A DNA stretch of 64,000 bases from Raillietiella orientalis (Eukaryota), in assembly GCA_036172245.1 (NCBI GenBank), contig JAYWIR010000025.1:248001-312000 (forward strand), written 5' to 3'. Positions 37,801 through 51,200 of the stretch are shown piece by piece. How positions within the stretch are numbered: position 1 is the first letter of the stretch; each line of letters starts with the position of its first letter. Position numbers and translations under genes: made by a program. The notes below the pieces were generated by a model. It saw nothing but the letters and a program-made list of their open reading frames with translations, had not been told where the DNA came from and made no database searches.

Positions 37801-38935
37801 CGAGCTTCAAAAAGGGATTGCCTTCATTCCTGCGCTTAATGGCCTCCGAATGTACTAGATGCAAGAGTTTTTTTCCCAATCAATTATTGCTGGACTTTCT
37901 CATAAGAAACCACGGATCACTTCAGCGACGAACGCCCACTGGCATATGTTGATCAACAGACCGTCATATGTGTGCTTGCATACAATCGTGAGTTCCTTGT
38001 GTACATTCATATCTTCGAGCGTCTTTACAGTTTTATGTGTGTGCTCCATATAGCAGACACAGGAACTACTCTGATCACACGTCTGCATCTATAAAGGTAC
38101 AGTTACGTACTCAATGCATATGTTGCGCAATGTGCGCAACGTTATGAGCAATATAATATGCATAGTTAATGCTTTGTGGATTGCTATGGATGCATATGTC
38201 TTGCATGGCAAATATTAATGTATATGTTAATTGATTGTGCCAATTGAAACATTTAGTGCTCCTTGAAGGAATTCAGTTCTTTTGTGCTCCTAGAGGGTAG
38301 ATGTACCCATGTGTGGGAGTGACCCACGTGCCTCTCTCAGGTACTTCGGCAGGCATCCATTGAAAAAGGTGTTTGAGAAAGTTTACAAGTTCCCAGACTT
38401 GAAATCTGGATACATCTCCAGCCAGTTACTGCCCACACTCCTAGATGCTAATCGCTAATATCCTCCAAGTACCACCAAATCATGAAGATTCCTTGCTCAT
38501 TTCGAAAAGACCATATCCATTTGTTTTTCGAAAACAAATGACCCTCCTTAGCCTGATGCAAGCTTCCTTCATGGTCCACCGTTCACTCACCACTTGACCG
38601 TCTCGGTACCAGCCCGAGGGATGTACCAACGTTACTTACGTTTAACAGCATGTCGGACCACGCGTTAAACGTGAGGAACGCGGGTGCTAGGAAAAGCACA
38701 CAACACTAGCATGAATTCTCCTACATTCGTATGCAAAAGGAGGCCCACTCTGTGTAAGGACCCCCCTGCTCTTGGAACGGCAGGAAGAAGCTCCTGGCAT
38801 CCACATTTCAGAGCGTTTCAATAAGATATTGTACAAAGCAGCGTCTTGTTTGTCCATCTTTCCAGCCAGGGAGTGCAAATTGAATTCCTCCCGCAGACGA
38901 AATGAACACAACAAGGGCGACAAAGTCCAGTAAGT

Positions 38936-38941
38936 TTTATT
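38936..38941 (-). promoter_or_regulatory. Candidate polyadenylation signal (AATAAA) of the Ig gene
   Basis: TTTATT on plus, about 75 nt downstream of the TAG at 39015. Confidence 0.45.
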
Positions 38942-39014
38942 TCTACGTATAATAAATAGAATATTAATATCACAGTTATTTCTGGATTAACAAGTAGATG
39001 CCTCCGTGCACTTG

Positions 39015-39275
39015 CTAGTTCCTTACCGTTAGGGAAGGTAATCCGAACACGAGGAAAGTGAAAAGGGCGAACGACGCTCGTTGCACTTTGGCAGTCAACG
39101 AGGAAGAGCTGCTCCTCTGGAACAACGAGTATCCGACGATGGTCACATTTAGCAGGATGGTTGTTTCCTGGATTCCTATCGGGTTCTTGACTACAAACAT
39201 GTAATCGCCAGAGTCTTCTTCGCAGACTTCGTGTAACGTCATTGACGCGTTCTGGCAGGAATTCGAACTGGGAGC
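39015..39275 (-). CDS. Ig gene terminal exon: second half of Ig5 plus GPI-signal-like tail
   Basis: ctctttcaag|GCT acceptor, phase 0; EDSGDYMFVVKN..LLNV..SSSSS..FALFTFLVFGL, TAG at 39015. Confidence 0.88.
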   Translation of the reverse strand, partial: APSSNSCQNASMTLHEVCEEDSGDYMFVVKNPIGIQETTILLNVTIVGYSLFQRSSSSSLTAKVQRASFALFTFLVFGLPSLTVRN

Positions 39276-42200
39276 CTTGAAAGAGAGAAAAATGCGTTCG
39301 TGACGTCGCTGCGAGATCAGCTTTTTCTGAACAAGCAGCAAACGGGGGGAAGCTGCGCAGCGTATGTCGGGTTGGTGATAAACGAGTCAAGGACACCAGG
39401 AAAAAAGGATGCCTTCAGGAATTGCATCATTAATGGAGCTGCTGTTTTCTTGTTAGGGCGGCAAACTGCTGCGGAATACAGCGCAATCCCCATTCAGAGA
39501 ACTGCGTATCTGCAGATCCGAAATCCTCAGGATAAACCACCCGGCTTCCTTCCTTATCTACTTCGAGATTACGGGATGGTTTCCGTTTCGGCCACTGTCA
39601 TGGACTACATAAGAAACCGTGATGACAAAGTGCTCCACTGTATCAAGCAGAGGCGGTGATCGATAACGTCATCTCACAGCTCACGAAAAAACGAGGTTCG
39701 TGCTAAGTAAATTTGATTGGCTATCGGAATTATCGTGCAGAAGTCATCTTTGGGAAATTTCTCATCCGATAAAAAGTTCGCTCCGCAGAGCACCGCCGCC
39801 GAAGAATTCAGATTCTTGACTTGGCAAGGGACCTGCCAACAGAAATGCCGGAGGAAATGCCGAAAAATCATCAATTAATTCAGAAATGAGTTTCATGATT
39901 TCAATTTCTTGTGAAAAAAGAGCTGCGTGCATCCTGGCCGTCTCTCGTTAAGGATATGTACCGCAAGAGAGGAAATGAGTTCGCACACCCTTCGGAAGGG
40001 AACCGTCGGAAAGTTCAACCTCTCATCCGTGACCCCCGGGCGAACCACGAGCCGAGAGGTTCTCCGTCATTTACTTAGCAGGAGGGGAACGCTCCCGTGC
40101 CCGCAAGACACCCTTCCAGGATCCAACGTTCGATCTCAGAAAATCGTGGGGCGCTCACAAACGCGTTTTCCCCAGCAAAGGAAACTCTCATGCTGCGCGG
40201 GAGAATCGCGTCTCTTGGAGACCGTGCGCTCTTCCGCCACCCACATGGACCGGCTGGCACGATGCACGCCTACCCCAGCCAGCGCTGACCGAGAACGCAA
40301 GCGTGCTGAACGCGCAGGCAACACCCGTGCCCAGGGGTGCAGCCAAGTGTGCGTGGGAACAGTGCCCATGGTGGTAGCTCCCCTCCACCATGAGCGTTGC
40401 TTTTCTTTTCTTTTCCCGCGTGACGAGACGAATGGAGTGCAGCAGCGTTCGCTCGCTGAAGGTGTGCAAACGCACGTGCCCCGTGATCGGCGGTGCGCCC
40501 ACCCGGAGAGTGACCCAGATGTAGCAGGACTCGACGATGTGCTTCGTGTGCTCTTCTGGGAAGACCGGTAGGATGGTAGGTGTCGAGGATGGGGAAGGGC
40601 AGAGCCCCATCTATCTCTGAGCACCCTCTTCGTTCGGAGTTGGGAGGCGCTCTTCTGGGAAGCGAAATCCCTCCGTTCAGCCGGCTCCCGTGGCGCTTTC
40701 CAGACAGACGGCCTCTTTCGAGATCAGCTCTCCGCACGAACTTCGCTCTTCTCCGTCCGAGGATGCCCCTGGAGGGGAAGAGGTTTCGCCTCTTTCCTCC
40801 ACTCGCTGCACCGAAAGCCGTTCGGAAATGTCACCCATCCATCATCAGAGTTGCTCAGGGAAGAGCCTCGATGTCCGCATCGGCTGGGATGAGGAGGGCG
40901 TTACGAATGCGCGCTTGGCAGATCTCCATTCGCCTCGTTCCTAAGATCCCTCCCCAGACGTGAGAGGAACGGACTCCACAAGGGAAGAGGGGTTCCATCC
41001 GAAGGATAAACTCTTCTCCTTGGATTCTTCTACATCCTGCTTCGGACTTCGCGCTCCGCTCCGATGCAACCGCAAGAACCGCAAATTGGAGCGGATTGTC
41101 GCTCGGGTCTCCAGCTCGGCGAATTTCATAGCCTCCGAGGACCGGAGCTCCTAGATACCGGCGTTTCCGGACGAACCAGACGTCCAGGTGGTCTTCAGGG
41201 TCCGGTCGCGATGCAGCACCGTTTTCTCTTGTCCGGTGAACTGCAAATGGCGGAGCTCCTTTGGCTTCGTCCGTAGAGGCGGGAGCGTTTCCTCCACAGC
41301 TCGGCGGAATGCCCGCCGGTCCGGTGTCCCGCCTACTCACGCGGAGACCTGCTGCTGCCAGCATGTGTGGTCCCGGGATCAGTCGCGCGATTCCATCATC
41401 ACTTCGCTTCCGCTGTCTCCGGGACTCGCAGCTCTCGCAAAGAGGAGTCGCGAAGAGGTTTGTTTGCGTTCCTGGTTAATACGCGTTTGGTAAACCCATT
41501 TTTCAGTCCCGTCCCGCGGATTTCAAAAATCCCGTCAAGGAGGAATTTCCCGCTCATTAATCATAGCGAGAGCCGCTAGCATCCTGTCGAATTCTGTTCC
41601 AGACGCATGGATTCCTGTGTGCCTCTGAAAAGAAATTGGAGGCGAACCTACGAAACCTTGCAAAAAAGCATCCATGCATACATGAAAGGGAGAAGGGTCG
41701 AAGGCTGCTCCAGCACCTCGCCTACGGCCGAGCAGTCTGGAAGAAGAAAACAGGCAAGGGATGCAAGAAAGTCCCACGCCGCGGAAATCGGCGAACCGGA
41801 ACGGCCAGGCATTGGTCTCTTCCGATACAAAAACACGCAGCATCCTCTGCTGTCCTTCGTGGCGCAAGGAAAACCTCTCGCCGAAGCGCGCAACTGATAG
41901 AGAGAAACAGGAGCAAGAGAAACAAATGAAGGGAGCTGGAGCCTGCTCGAAAGGAAAAGGTCTGCTCCCCTGAAGACAGAGGGAAGCGTTCGAGAAGGCG
42001 AGGCTCCACTCCGAAAGGAACCGGATGGAAACACCTAAGGATTTTCTATCGTCCCGCCACCTGTATTGCCTGGAAATAGTAAACGGGTCAGGAGTGGACG
42101 GAAGGAAACGGCACGAGTCCAGGGCGATCGCGATTCCCGAATGATGCTCGCTGCTCGTTGCAGGGAATCGTGGACTGCCCAAGAAAAGCCACCTGGGCAC

Positions 42201-45200
42201 CACTTGCAACCACGCTCAACACAATCCAACAAAGTGGAAACAGCGATGGCCTTGCGAAATGGGAAGTATCCTGCGAGATTGCAAGAAAAAAGAAGCAGCT
42301 GGGATGCTGGACGGCGCGTCAACTGGCCGACGCATGCACCCCCGCTGCCCTCTCCAAAGGAATTCTTCGCTGGGCAGAGGTCCTGGACATTCCTGCTGAA
42401 GAGGCAGGAATACCCCCAGTTTGTGTGGACAGCTCCACGCTTCTCCTGAAGTGGCAGGACTCGGCACTGCAGTTGTTGCACTGAGGTAGTATAGCCCGGA
42501 CTGTGGCAGACGCGGAGAAAGGGAAACCTTCCCGCACCTGCTGTTGGATTGTATTACTCTCCTCAGCAGTCGGGAACGCTTCGCTGCGGCCCCCCACCCC
42601 CGATGGACAACCGCAGGGAGATTTTGCGGAGCCTATCCGCGCGCAACTGGATGTCGCCTGCAGTTTTCTTGGCAGCTCTCGTGAGATCGTAGCTGCGAGA
42701 AGCGCGCCGAAAGAGGTCAGTCAAACGATGAGGTCATCGCAATCGTCTGCTCCTTCATGAGGAAGGCGACAAGATGACCGCACTTCTGGCAACAAAAGAA
42801 GGAATTTTCCAGCATCCTCCAGAGGATGCTGAGGACACCACGAAGAAATCTGTGATCCCTTCCTTTCCCCCCTAAGAAGGAGAACGAGCTCGAGGCATCC
42901 TGAGGCAGGAAATGGGCTGCGACTGGAGCCCAGGCGGCCTCAAGACCGCAAAGGCGAGCGAGCAGGGTGCACAGCGAACCACTCCGAGCTTCCACTTCGG
43001 GAGGAGGCCGACTACGGAAAGGGTCGACCATCCCTAGGAGACAACACCCACGCCTTTCGGCGGTAGAAGGCTCGAGAACCGAATCGCGTTCACCGAATCC
43101 TCAGGGTAAGGGAACGTTTTCTGAAGAAAGCACGAGAGAGCCACCTGAGCCGCCACCACCACCAGCAGTCCTCCCCTTAGCAGCATGAACCGTCGGAACT
43201 TACAGACAAGTTGTGCGCTGTCACGCGGCCCCTGGCATCTCCAGGATTGAAGAAAGCGGTGCGCGTTATCCACAAGACGCGCGTCGCAGGAGGGTTGGCG
43301 CAGAACTTGACGGAGAAGGTCACGGTGCTGCCTGCAATGACAGAGAACCTCCTGCTGCCGGACGCGATGGTCGGCATGCCTGAAAATCTCCAGGGTGAAG
43401 CCGGATGACTTTGAGGTTCGCGACGGGTGGCAGATACCTTCTGGGTCAGTCCGCGCATCCTTGCCTGACCCGTCGGTCAGAGGGAGGCACTTGTACCTTC
43501 CCGAACCAGTGCGCAGCACTTTGTCTAGGTGCAGGTACTCTCCCGAGTGGACCAGCTCCCAGGTCCCGTGCTGGTTTTCCTTGAGCCAGCAGGAAGAAGG
43601 TGCATTTCCGGACCCGCAGCTCAGCAACGCGGTCTCGTCGTCTCCGGTCACCCGCAACGACTGCGCGGGGACGTTGCTTTCGTCATCGAGAGCTGAGAAA
43701 CGCAGTCGTGTGAGGTAGCACGAGCGCGCGCGCACGCACACGCACGCACACACGCACGAGAGAAACGCGCTGCGGAAGTCTCCCAGGATCCCAGCGGGAT
43801 CGATGCCTTCCCCAAATGGTCCTCGGCGCCGATTTTAGGGGCCGCTTGGGGAGATGGAAGGGGAGAGTCACCGCAGGAACGGAAGCGAGAGGGGAGGTGG
43901 GAGCGCCGCGGCTCGAGTTTCTCCTGGAAAGGGTTCGATGCCCAGGAGCCACTCGGGTTCCCGATCATCGAGGAAGCGACATGGACGTCGGAGCGATGGG
44001 ACTCTATAAAGCGGAGGATAGTTTTCCACCCCTCCACCGTTCCTTCCTTTCCTACTCTTCGGGGACTCTTTCCGGAAAGGCAGGAACAAGAGAGGGAACC
44101 CGGTCATCCTTCTCCCTCCCGGAGGAGGAATGACGCGGCGTGTTACTTTCGGTGTCGAGCAGGTTCGTCGACTCCTGGGACGCGTCCCTTTCAAGGGCAG
44201 AATGCTGGTCTGCCCGCCACGCTTTTTTTTTTAGTTTTCCCCCGCTGGCAAAACCGAGGAACGATGAGAATGGAACAACGATTCTGACCTCCCCTTGCGT
44301 TCTTTCCCATCCCAGGATCCGCTCTGCACCCTGAGGGAAAGCGTGTGAGCGGGCCGACGGGCGTCACTCCCTGCCTGCCTTCATCCGTCATCCCGGAGGC
44401 GTGCGGAGGCCGCGACTCCTAGGAGTCCCGAAGCTCTCGGGGTCTTTCGGGTAAGCTGGAGGAGGTCAGGGCGGGTGCACTTGAGAGAGGCGCCGAGCAG
44501 TGCTGCGGAAGAATCCCTGCCGCCGAACCCATCCTCTCGTGTGATGCGGGCCCGGCGGAAAAGGGAGGGAGGGGGAGCAGCGACTCCCTGCGTCAGCGCA
44601 GCCTCCCGCCCGCGAGAGGAACGGCCGCCCGTACCGGGCTTTCCCTGCCCCTCGGAGGAAGGAGTTCGACCCCATAGGAAGAGGGCGGAAAAACCGCTCG
44701 CGCGTCAAGGGATGCATGGGGCGCGCGTAGTAGCGGCGGAGCGCGCGTGACCTTCCCGCCGCGTCGCGTGCACCGCCCGCAGGAGGCCCAGAGGGGCAAT
44801 TCGACCTCGTTCGGTCGAGTCCCGTCCGATGACGGTATAATTGCCCGGAAAAGTGCAGCCGGGAGAGTGTGAATGCGCCGCACGCATCCATCCATCCGGC
44901 GCGAGTGGTGCATGCGTGCACGCAAGCTGCGCTCCCTCATCCTTTCGTTCCTCCCTCCCTCCTTCTGGGAGGAGTAAGAGAGGAAAACGAAGGAAGGGAA
45001 AGGGGGGGAGAGTGAGAGAGGATCAGAGGACTTTAGCGACCCCCGCGACGATTCGCCTCCAGCGCACGCGCAGGGTTTCCAGGCACAGCGCGCGATCCAG
45101 ACCACAGCAAGCAGGCGTGCAAATACATACGTTTCACGTTGAGAAAGTACCCAAAGGACGTGAAGTCTCCGAAACGGTGGGAAGTGAAGCATCTGTACCA

Positions 45201-48200
45201 GCCGCTGTCGTTGACGCTGATGCTGCTGAAGTTCAGCACCCCTGCTGCCGCCGGCTGTGTGGCCTTCACACCAACGTCATCTGCAAGCACACGAGGTTAA
45301 GTGACCTGCGGTCCCCATAGAAGCTGGGGCAGGCCTCCTACACGCTTGGGCAAGAGTCGGAGCTCCGCGGGCAGGTCGCTCGGGATGAGGCGTAGCTTCC
45401 CGATTCCCGGGAGGGCAGCTCCAGCGAGGATCCAGGAGCAGGCCCAAAACCGCCCCCCTCCACCAGGGGAATCCCGGGTCGGGGAGGGAAGGCATCCGGG
45501 ATGACGATATTCACGAGCACGAGGATCTCCCAAGAATGAGCGGATTCCCTCGGTGGAAGCCACACGGGAACGAACCCCAAATCAAGCGGAGGGTTGAATG
45601 AGAGAGAGAGTTGGGATCCCACTCCCCACAGACCGAAGGCGGGAACAAGAAGTTTCTGTCCTGAGCCCTCGGGAGGCGGACCAGTCGCTGCGGATTCCGG
45701 ACAGGAAACCGCGCGCTCAAAACTCCTCTCAGAAAGATGGAACGCCCTTTTCTGCCCTCTCCCGGCAACTATCCGAAGCGACTGATCGCGAAGTGGTACC
45801 GGGAGCTCCGGGAACGCCCTTTGGCATCCGGTCCCATAGCTTCCGTACCGTTCAACGAGCAGGTTCTCCTTGAGGGCAAGCGAGGGACCCCTCCGAGCGA
45901 CGGGTGCTGCTTCCTCCTTTGTGACCTGCCGTGATCCGCCGCCGCGTGCGTCCTTGCCTTACCTTTGAACCACACGGGAGTGCTGGCTGGATTCGCATTG
46001 ACGCTGCACTTCAGGAGCACCGACATTCCCTCGCGCAATGGGTAGCCGAAGTCAGGGACGCGGCTCATGACGAACTCGGGCTCGTCTGGAAAGGAAAGGT
46101 CGTCTCCTGAGAAAGATCGCTGCTCTCCGGGCAGCAGCGCGCGGCAGGCGAGGCGGCGGCAGGAGGCGCGCGCCCACTCGGAAGAAGTGAAGGGTTGACG
46201 GCGGCTCGACGGACGGCAGGCTGAGGAAACCGGGGAAGAGGGGCGCGGAGGACAGCTGCCGCATCTGCGGACGGGAAGTCGGTTCCGTCTCCCCTTTCCA
46301 CATCCCCACCCTTTCCTGGAGGGAGATAACTCCCTGAGAAATCGTCGCTTACGGTTGCTGGAACGCGCCCCCCGGAAACCTCGGTTCCCGGAAGGCACGA
46401 CGTGCCTCGGGAGGCTTCTGACCCGGCAGAACCTCCAGACCCGCGGTTGCGTGGGGCAACATTGCTCACATCCCCTTCCTCTGCCATCACGCTGGCCTCC
46501 GAAGAGGGAGGTGCGTGCGGCACCTTCTGCGACACCCGCACGAAAGCGAACGAAATTCCCGCTTGCGCTCGCAAGGGGAGTGATTCGGTAGCGGGGGACC
46601 TTTTCTGGAGCACAACTCCAGAGCTAGCGCCTCGGTGACGTATCTTCCCCCGAGAATCGCGATGTCTACTCATGAAGGAAGAGAGGACAGGGACCGACCG
46701 ATCCCATGGACTTTCCAGCTACCCCTGGAAATCCGCATTCCTTTTTTTTCCTAAGGAGCCTGGAAGGAGGAGGAGGAAAGACTCATCGCTGCTCCCACTG
46801 TTTCCGGGAGACCAGGTGGACGACGGGGAAGATGGGAATCTTTCAGGTGGCCACTTCTCTCCTCGGGACTGGTGCTCGTACCACCGCAGTCGTCGTCACT
46901 GTGGTAACTTGATGTTCTTGAGCTGCCTCGGGAAATGAGCCAGGGGTTCCCCCAAGGACAGGAGGCAGTGGCCGCCGGAGGTCTGGGAGCTGCCGATGGC
47001 CGGCCTCCATGCGGGATGCACACGTCCGTGCCGCTGGGCCTGCCAGCTAGCTCAGCGAGTACGGCTCTTTGGGCAGAACAGCTGGTCGAGAGCAAACGGG
47101 AGATCCCTCTTCAAGGTGAGGCGAGGAACCCGGGTGACCCCTCCCCGTCCCGGAACCCGACCTTCCCTGGGTACGTTTCCCAGGGACAGCAGGAGTCGCG
47201 TTCTCTTGCGGTTTCCGTAGTGTCGGGAAGACACTGGAGCGCCCTTTCTCCCCCTCCGTGGGGAGCAGAAAGACTTCCCTGCGGATGGAAGCGGGGGACT
47301 CGCTCCCCCCCACACGACCACTCCGAGCAGTTTCCGGAGGGGGGAATGGAAGGAGGATACGGTGCGAGTCCCACTTGTGTGGGCTGGGGCTCTCCACGCA
47401 GCCTTGGGGGGGGGGGGAAGGGGGGGGGAGGCAGGAACTCACATTCGACGTTGAGGGAGACGGTCGCGTTGGCATCCGCGTCTCCTTCCAGGGCCAGGTG
47501 GGCCACCGAGCAGACGACCTGCTTCCGGTGGTGCGCCCTCGTCGCCTCGAAAGAGACACAGCTTTTCATCGAGTACGCCCGCAGGTCGTCAAGGTACTCG
47601 GACCGGGTGACGCTGGCGTTGGTCACGTTGGCGTCGCCCACGAACCACTGCACCCTGGAAGGCACGGGGCTGCTGCCGTTCACGTGGCACTGCAAAGACA
47701 AAGTGTGCTTCTCACGGATGGTGAAAGAGTGGGAGCCTCGCAGCTCCTTCCCGTTGTGGGTGATGTAAGGGAGGGAAGGGAGACCTGGAAGAAGAAAAAG
47801 CAAAAAAAAAAAACAGAGTTTACCAGGAACGTCTCCAAGGAAACGCCCGCGCGCGACCCACCTCCCCCCCCCCGCCTTCCGCTGCGACGCCACGCTACTC
47901 CCTCGGAGGTCCCCCCGCCGCAACAGCAGCCACCCTTCCCACTCGCGAGCATCCCGGAAGCAGTAGCAGCACAGGAGATCTCAGAGTGGACAGCCCCCCA
48001 AGGCGCGTCCGGATGATCCCTGAAGACGGCATGCAAGGAAGTCGGGTCGCCCTTTTCCTCTCAGGCAAGTTGGGAGGAGGAAGAGAAGGCAGCATCCTTT
48101 CCAAGCAGCCTTGCTTCTTTCTGAGAGCCGTCTCCGGGACGCTCGCGAAGGGACGGGAAGGAGGTACAGCTCCCCACAGGGAGGGAGGAGGGGCGCTCCA

Positions 48201-51200
48201 TCTCAGCATGAACAACCGTGTCCAGAGAGGTAGCCAGAGGGGGCGGTTTGCTCCTTCTCCTCCTCGATCACGAGGCTTCTCCTCGAAGCTGCCCTTCGTC
48301 GAAGAGACTTACCTATCTCGGAGGACAGCTTAGCGAGCAAGCGCTTCCCTTCTCTTCCTGCTTGCCGTTTTCGCCTTCGCGCACTTCGGAAAATCCCTCC
48401 ATTGCCTGGTTTCCCCTCCTTTCTCACCCTCCAGAGCAAGTTGAGCTGAGCAGTCGAGGAAGGAGAGGCAGTGGCTGGGCTCTGTAGCAGGCCGGTCCCA
48501 CCAAGAGGCGCTACACGTCGAGGCACCGCCCTCGCTGGAAGCTTCGCACAGAGGAATCGTTGGCTCGGACCCCCCAAAAAACACATACACATACACACAT
48601 TTGCTAGTTGACGGGGGAAGGGAGGGGCTCGACCTGGATTCGGAAGAACGGCGATTGGAATTTCTTTTCCCGCCCCCTCACTGGAGGCTCTTCCGAAGGA
48701 TATGGGGGGATGTCAAGGCGATTCCTGCGCGTGCCAGTGGATTCCCGCGGTTCCGGGATTCCGGGTCGGATTCCGACTGCTCTCCGACGGAGAGGGGAGG
48801 AGGAAGAGAGGGTGACGAGGAGGAGCAGGAAGAAAAGAAAATGAAGAAGAAGAAAGGAAAAGGAAAGCATTCCTGCCTCGCCCGAAACTTTGGAAAGTTT
48901 TCCGCCGGACGGCAGCACGAGCGGTTTCACTTCCCAAGAGTCTCGTAGTTCCAAGTTGGCCCTTGAGGGAGGGGAAGGGAAAATAGACGCATGGATGGCA
49001 GCTGCACCCGGGAAAGCCAGAGGGTGCCATCGATGCACTCCTGACGGCTACTTGGCGCGAGTCCGGATCAGGGAGAGGCAGTCCCCTCCGTCCGGAGACG
49101 GTGGCGCGTCTGCGCCTGCCAACCCGCGCTTCCGAAATTATTGCGGCATAAATCACAAGCATCGACATTCAGAGGGCTGTAGAGTTGTTTGCTTCAGTCT
49201 GCACGAGAGACCCCGGCACGCAGGGAGTCCCCACCCACACCAGCGGCCCCACGTGGGCCGCGTCCAGGTGCCATGCCTTCAAGCAGGTGGAGATGGATGC
49301 GTTTCCTCCCACCAGTGGACCCGCAACGCATCGCGCTAAGCGGCCAGCAGCACCTCCCAGGGAAGAATTCCCCACTGGTTCCCAGAGGCTGCGTGGGAGC
49401 ACCCGAAAGAGAAGACAGATGAGATGACCTCTTTTTTTTCCTGCTTCCACAGTCCTCCTCCCCTTCCTTTCCCGCCAAAGAAGGAGCGCTTCTTGCCCGC
49501 TGCCACCTCCTGGGTGGCAGATCCCGTCACAACCCTGCATTCCAGGTTGGAAGGTTGGCCAACGCTCGCGCGTCTGCTAGCGTGGATCGGGAGGGGAGAA
49601 GCGCAAGAGGGGAAGAGAGTTTCCGGGATTCCAACCCTCTCTCTGCCCTCTCCGGATGTGGTCGCCGTCTGCCTGGACAGGTGAAGCATCGGTGCCACTC
49701 CCAGCCCGCCGTGCACGGAGGAGGAGAGCAAAGTAGGCGAGGATCCGCGGCTGGGAAACACTCCATCACTTCCCCTTCTTCTTAGGAAGGTCGTCGACAT
49801 TCTCCCTTTTACTTGCAATGTGGGCAGGACGTGGTCGCTCGTAGCACACTTGCCGTGGGACAGGAACGAGGTATACGCGCGTCCTCCCTGGTCCCCTCAC
49901 TTCCCCTTCCCGAAGCAGAGAACGCTGGCGAAGGGACCAGTAAGGTTTCCACCACCACATCCACAGCCTCCCGGCGTGGCAAATGGGCATTTTTCAGGAT
50001 CGAGCGGGAGAGCAGGGAGAGGTGGTCAGGAAGGCCACCGGTCTCAAGGTCTTTCTCCCATCGCCGTGACCCCGCGCACTCCGGAGCTGCGCAGACCTCT
50101 AGGGCGGAGGTGCAGAGGGCGTCCCCCTGCACTTTCTCGCAGGATGGCCGCGAGGGATCAGGTCACCAGTGGCTGGCGTCCCTTCCTCAGAGCGCTCTCC
50201 CTCATGGGGGTCGTACGAAGCATAGCGACAGGCGCACCTGGAGACCACGGAACGCCTCTGCGGTCCGCTCTTAACTCCGTGGCCACTCTCGGCGGGAGAA
50301 AACGCTCGAGGGGGTGAAAAGGACAAGAAGCAGCCTCCTAGAAGAGAGTTGAGGTGGGTAAAGGATGGGGAGCGGCTCCCCCTGCGACCCGGCAGCAGCG
50401 AAACTCGCAAGCGCTGCGTTCCAGAGATCCAGCAACTGCAAAACTCCGTCACTAGGGGCTCCTGGGAGCCGCTCGCAGCGCGAGAAAAGCGTTTTGAGCG
50501 CTCTGGCCTCACAAAACGGGGGCGTGACCTCTTCCTGTGACCTGCTCGCCGAAGAAACTGCCGGCGCTCCTGCCACAGCGCAAAGAACTACCGTTCTTTA
50601 GAAAGGCGATCGCCTGCGATCGCGAAACGGGAAGAAAGGCGGTGTGCGAGAGGGGGGAGGGGAAGACTCATAACAAGCGCCACTTGTGGCTCCAAACTTG
50701 AAAAAAAGATTCAGGATGCTTCCCGGTAGAAATCTGGGAGAGGTGAAGGCATGCGTGGCGACGAGACGACCAAATACCAACAGAGGGCAACGGGTCCATG
50801 ATGGAGCCTGTTGGCCCAGACGCTTCGATTCGGGATTGGAGCGAGACCAGGGGACTCCGGAAGAAGTCGCGGCGGAGGCACGTGACCTCTCTTGAGACTC
50901 GCGAGCCCTGGGTTCTCGCGCTCACCCGATCGTGGCCTCCTACTGTGACCTCATCCTGGACGGGTTCAGCAGGGGCGTAATAAGGTCGGAGGAGTAAAGC
51001 GTGCGCCAGCCGAGACTTCAAATGAACGGAAAATGTCTCAGCATCTCAGCTGGGTGGCAGCGCATCTCTGTGGACAGTAGGAGGTGGAGGAGGGAGTCGC
51101 CTAGAATTGGGGGCGCGAGAGGGAAGAGCATTCGCCATCTCCTTTCTTCCTTTCCGCAAGGGTGATTGGGGAGAGCTGAAGAAAACGGAAACGCAATACT

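Noticed and set aside
38114..38163. Small nested hairpin (GTTGCGCA-atg-TGCGCAAC)
   Set aside because: Short, within AT/TGCA low-complexity sequence; likely chance
49490..49580. Extra Ig exon (SVGQPSNLECRVVTG)
   Set aside because: No W or second Cys and no good donor; the Ig1 and Ig2 exons already join in frame; it aligns better to the RFE FRV block
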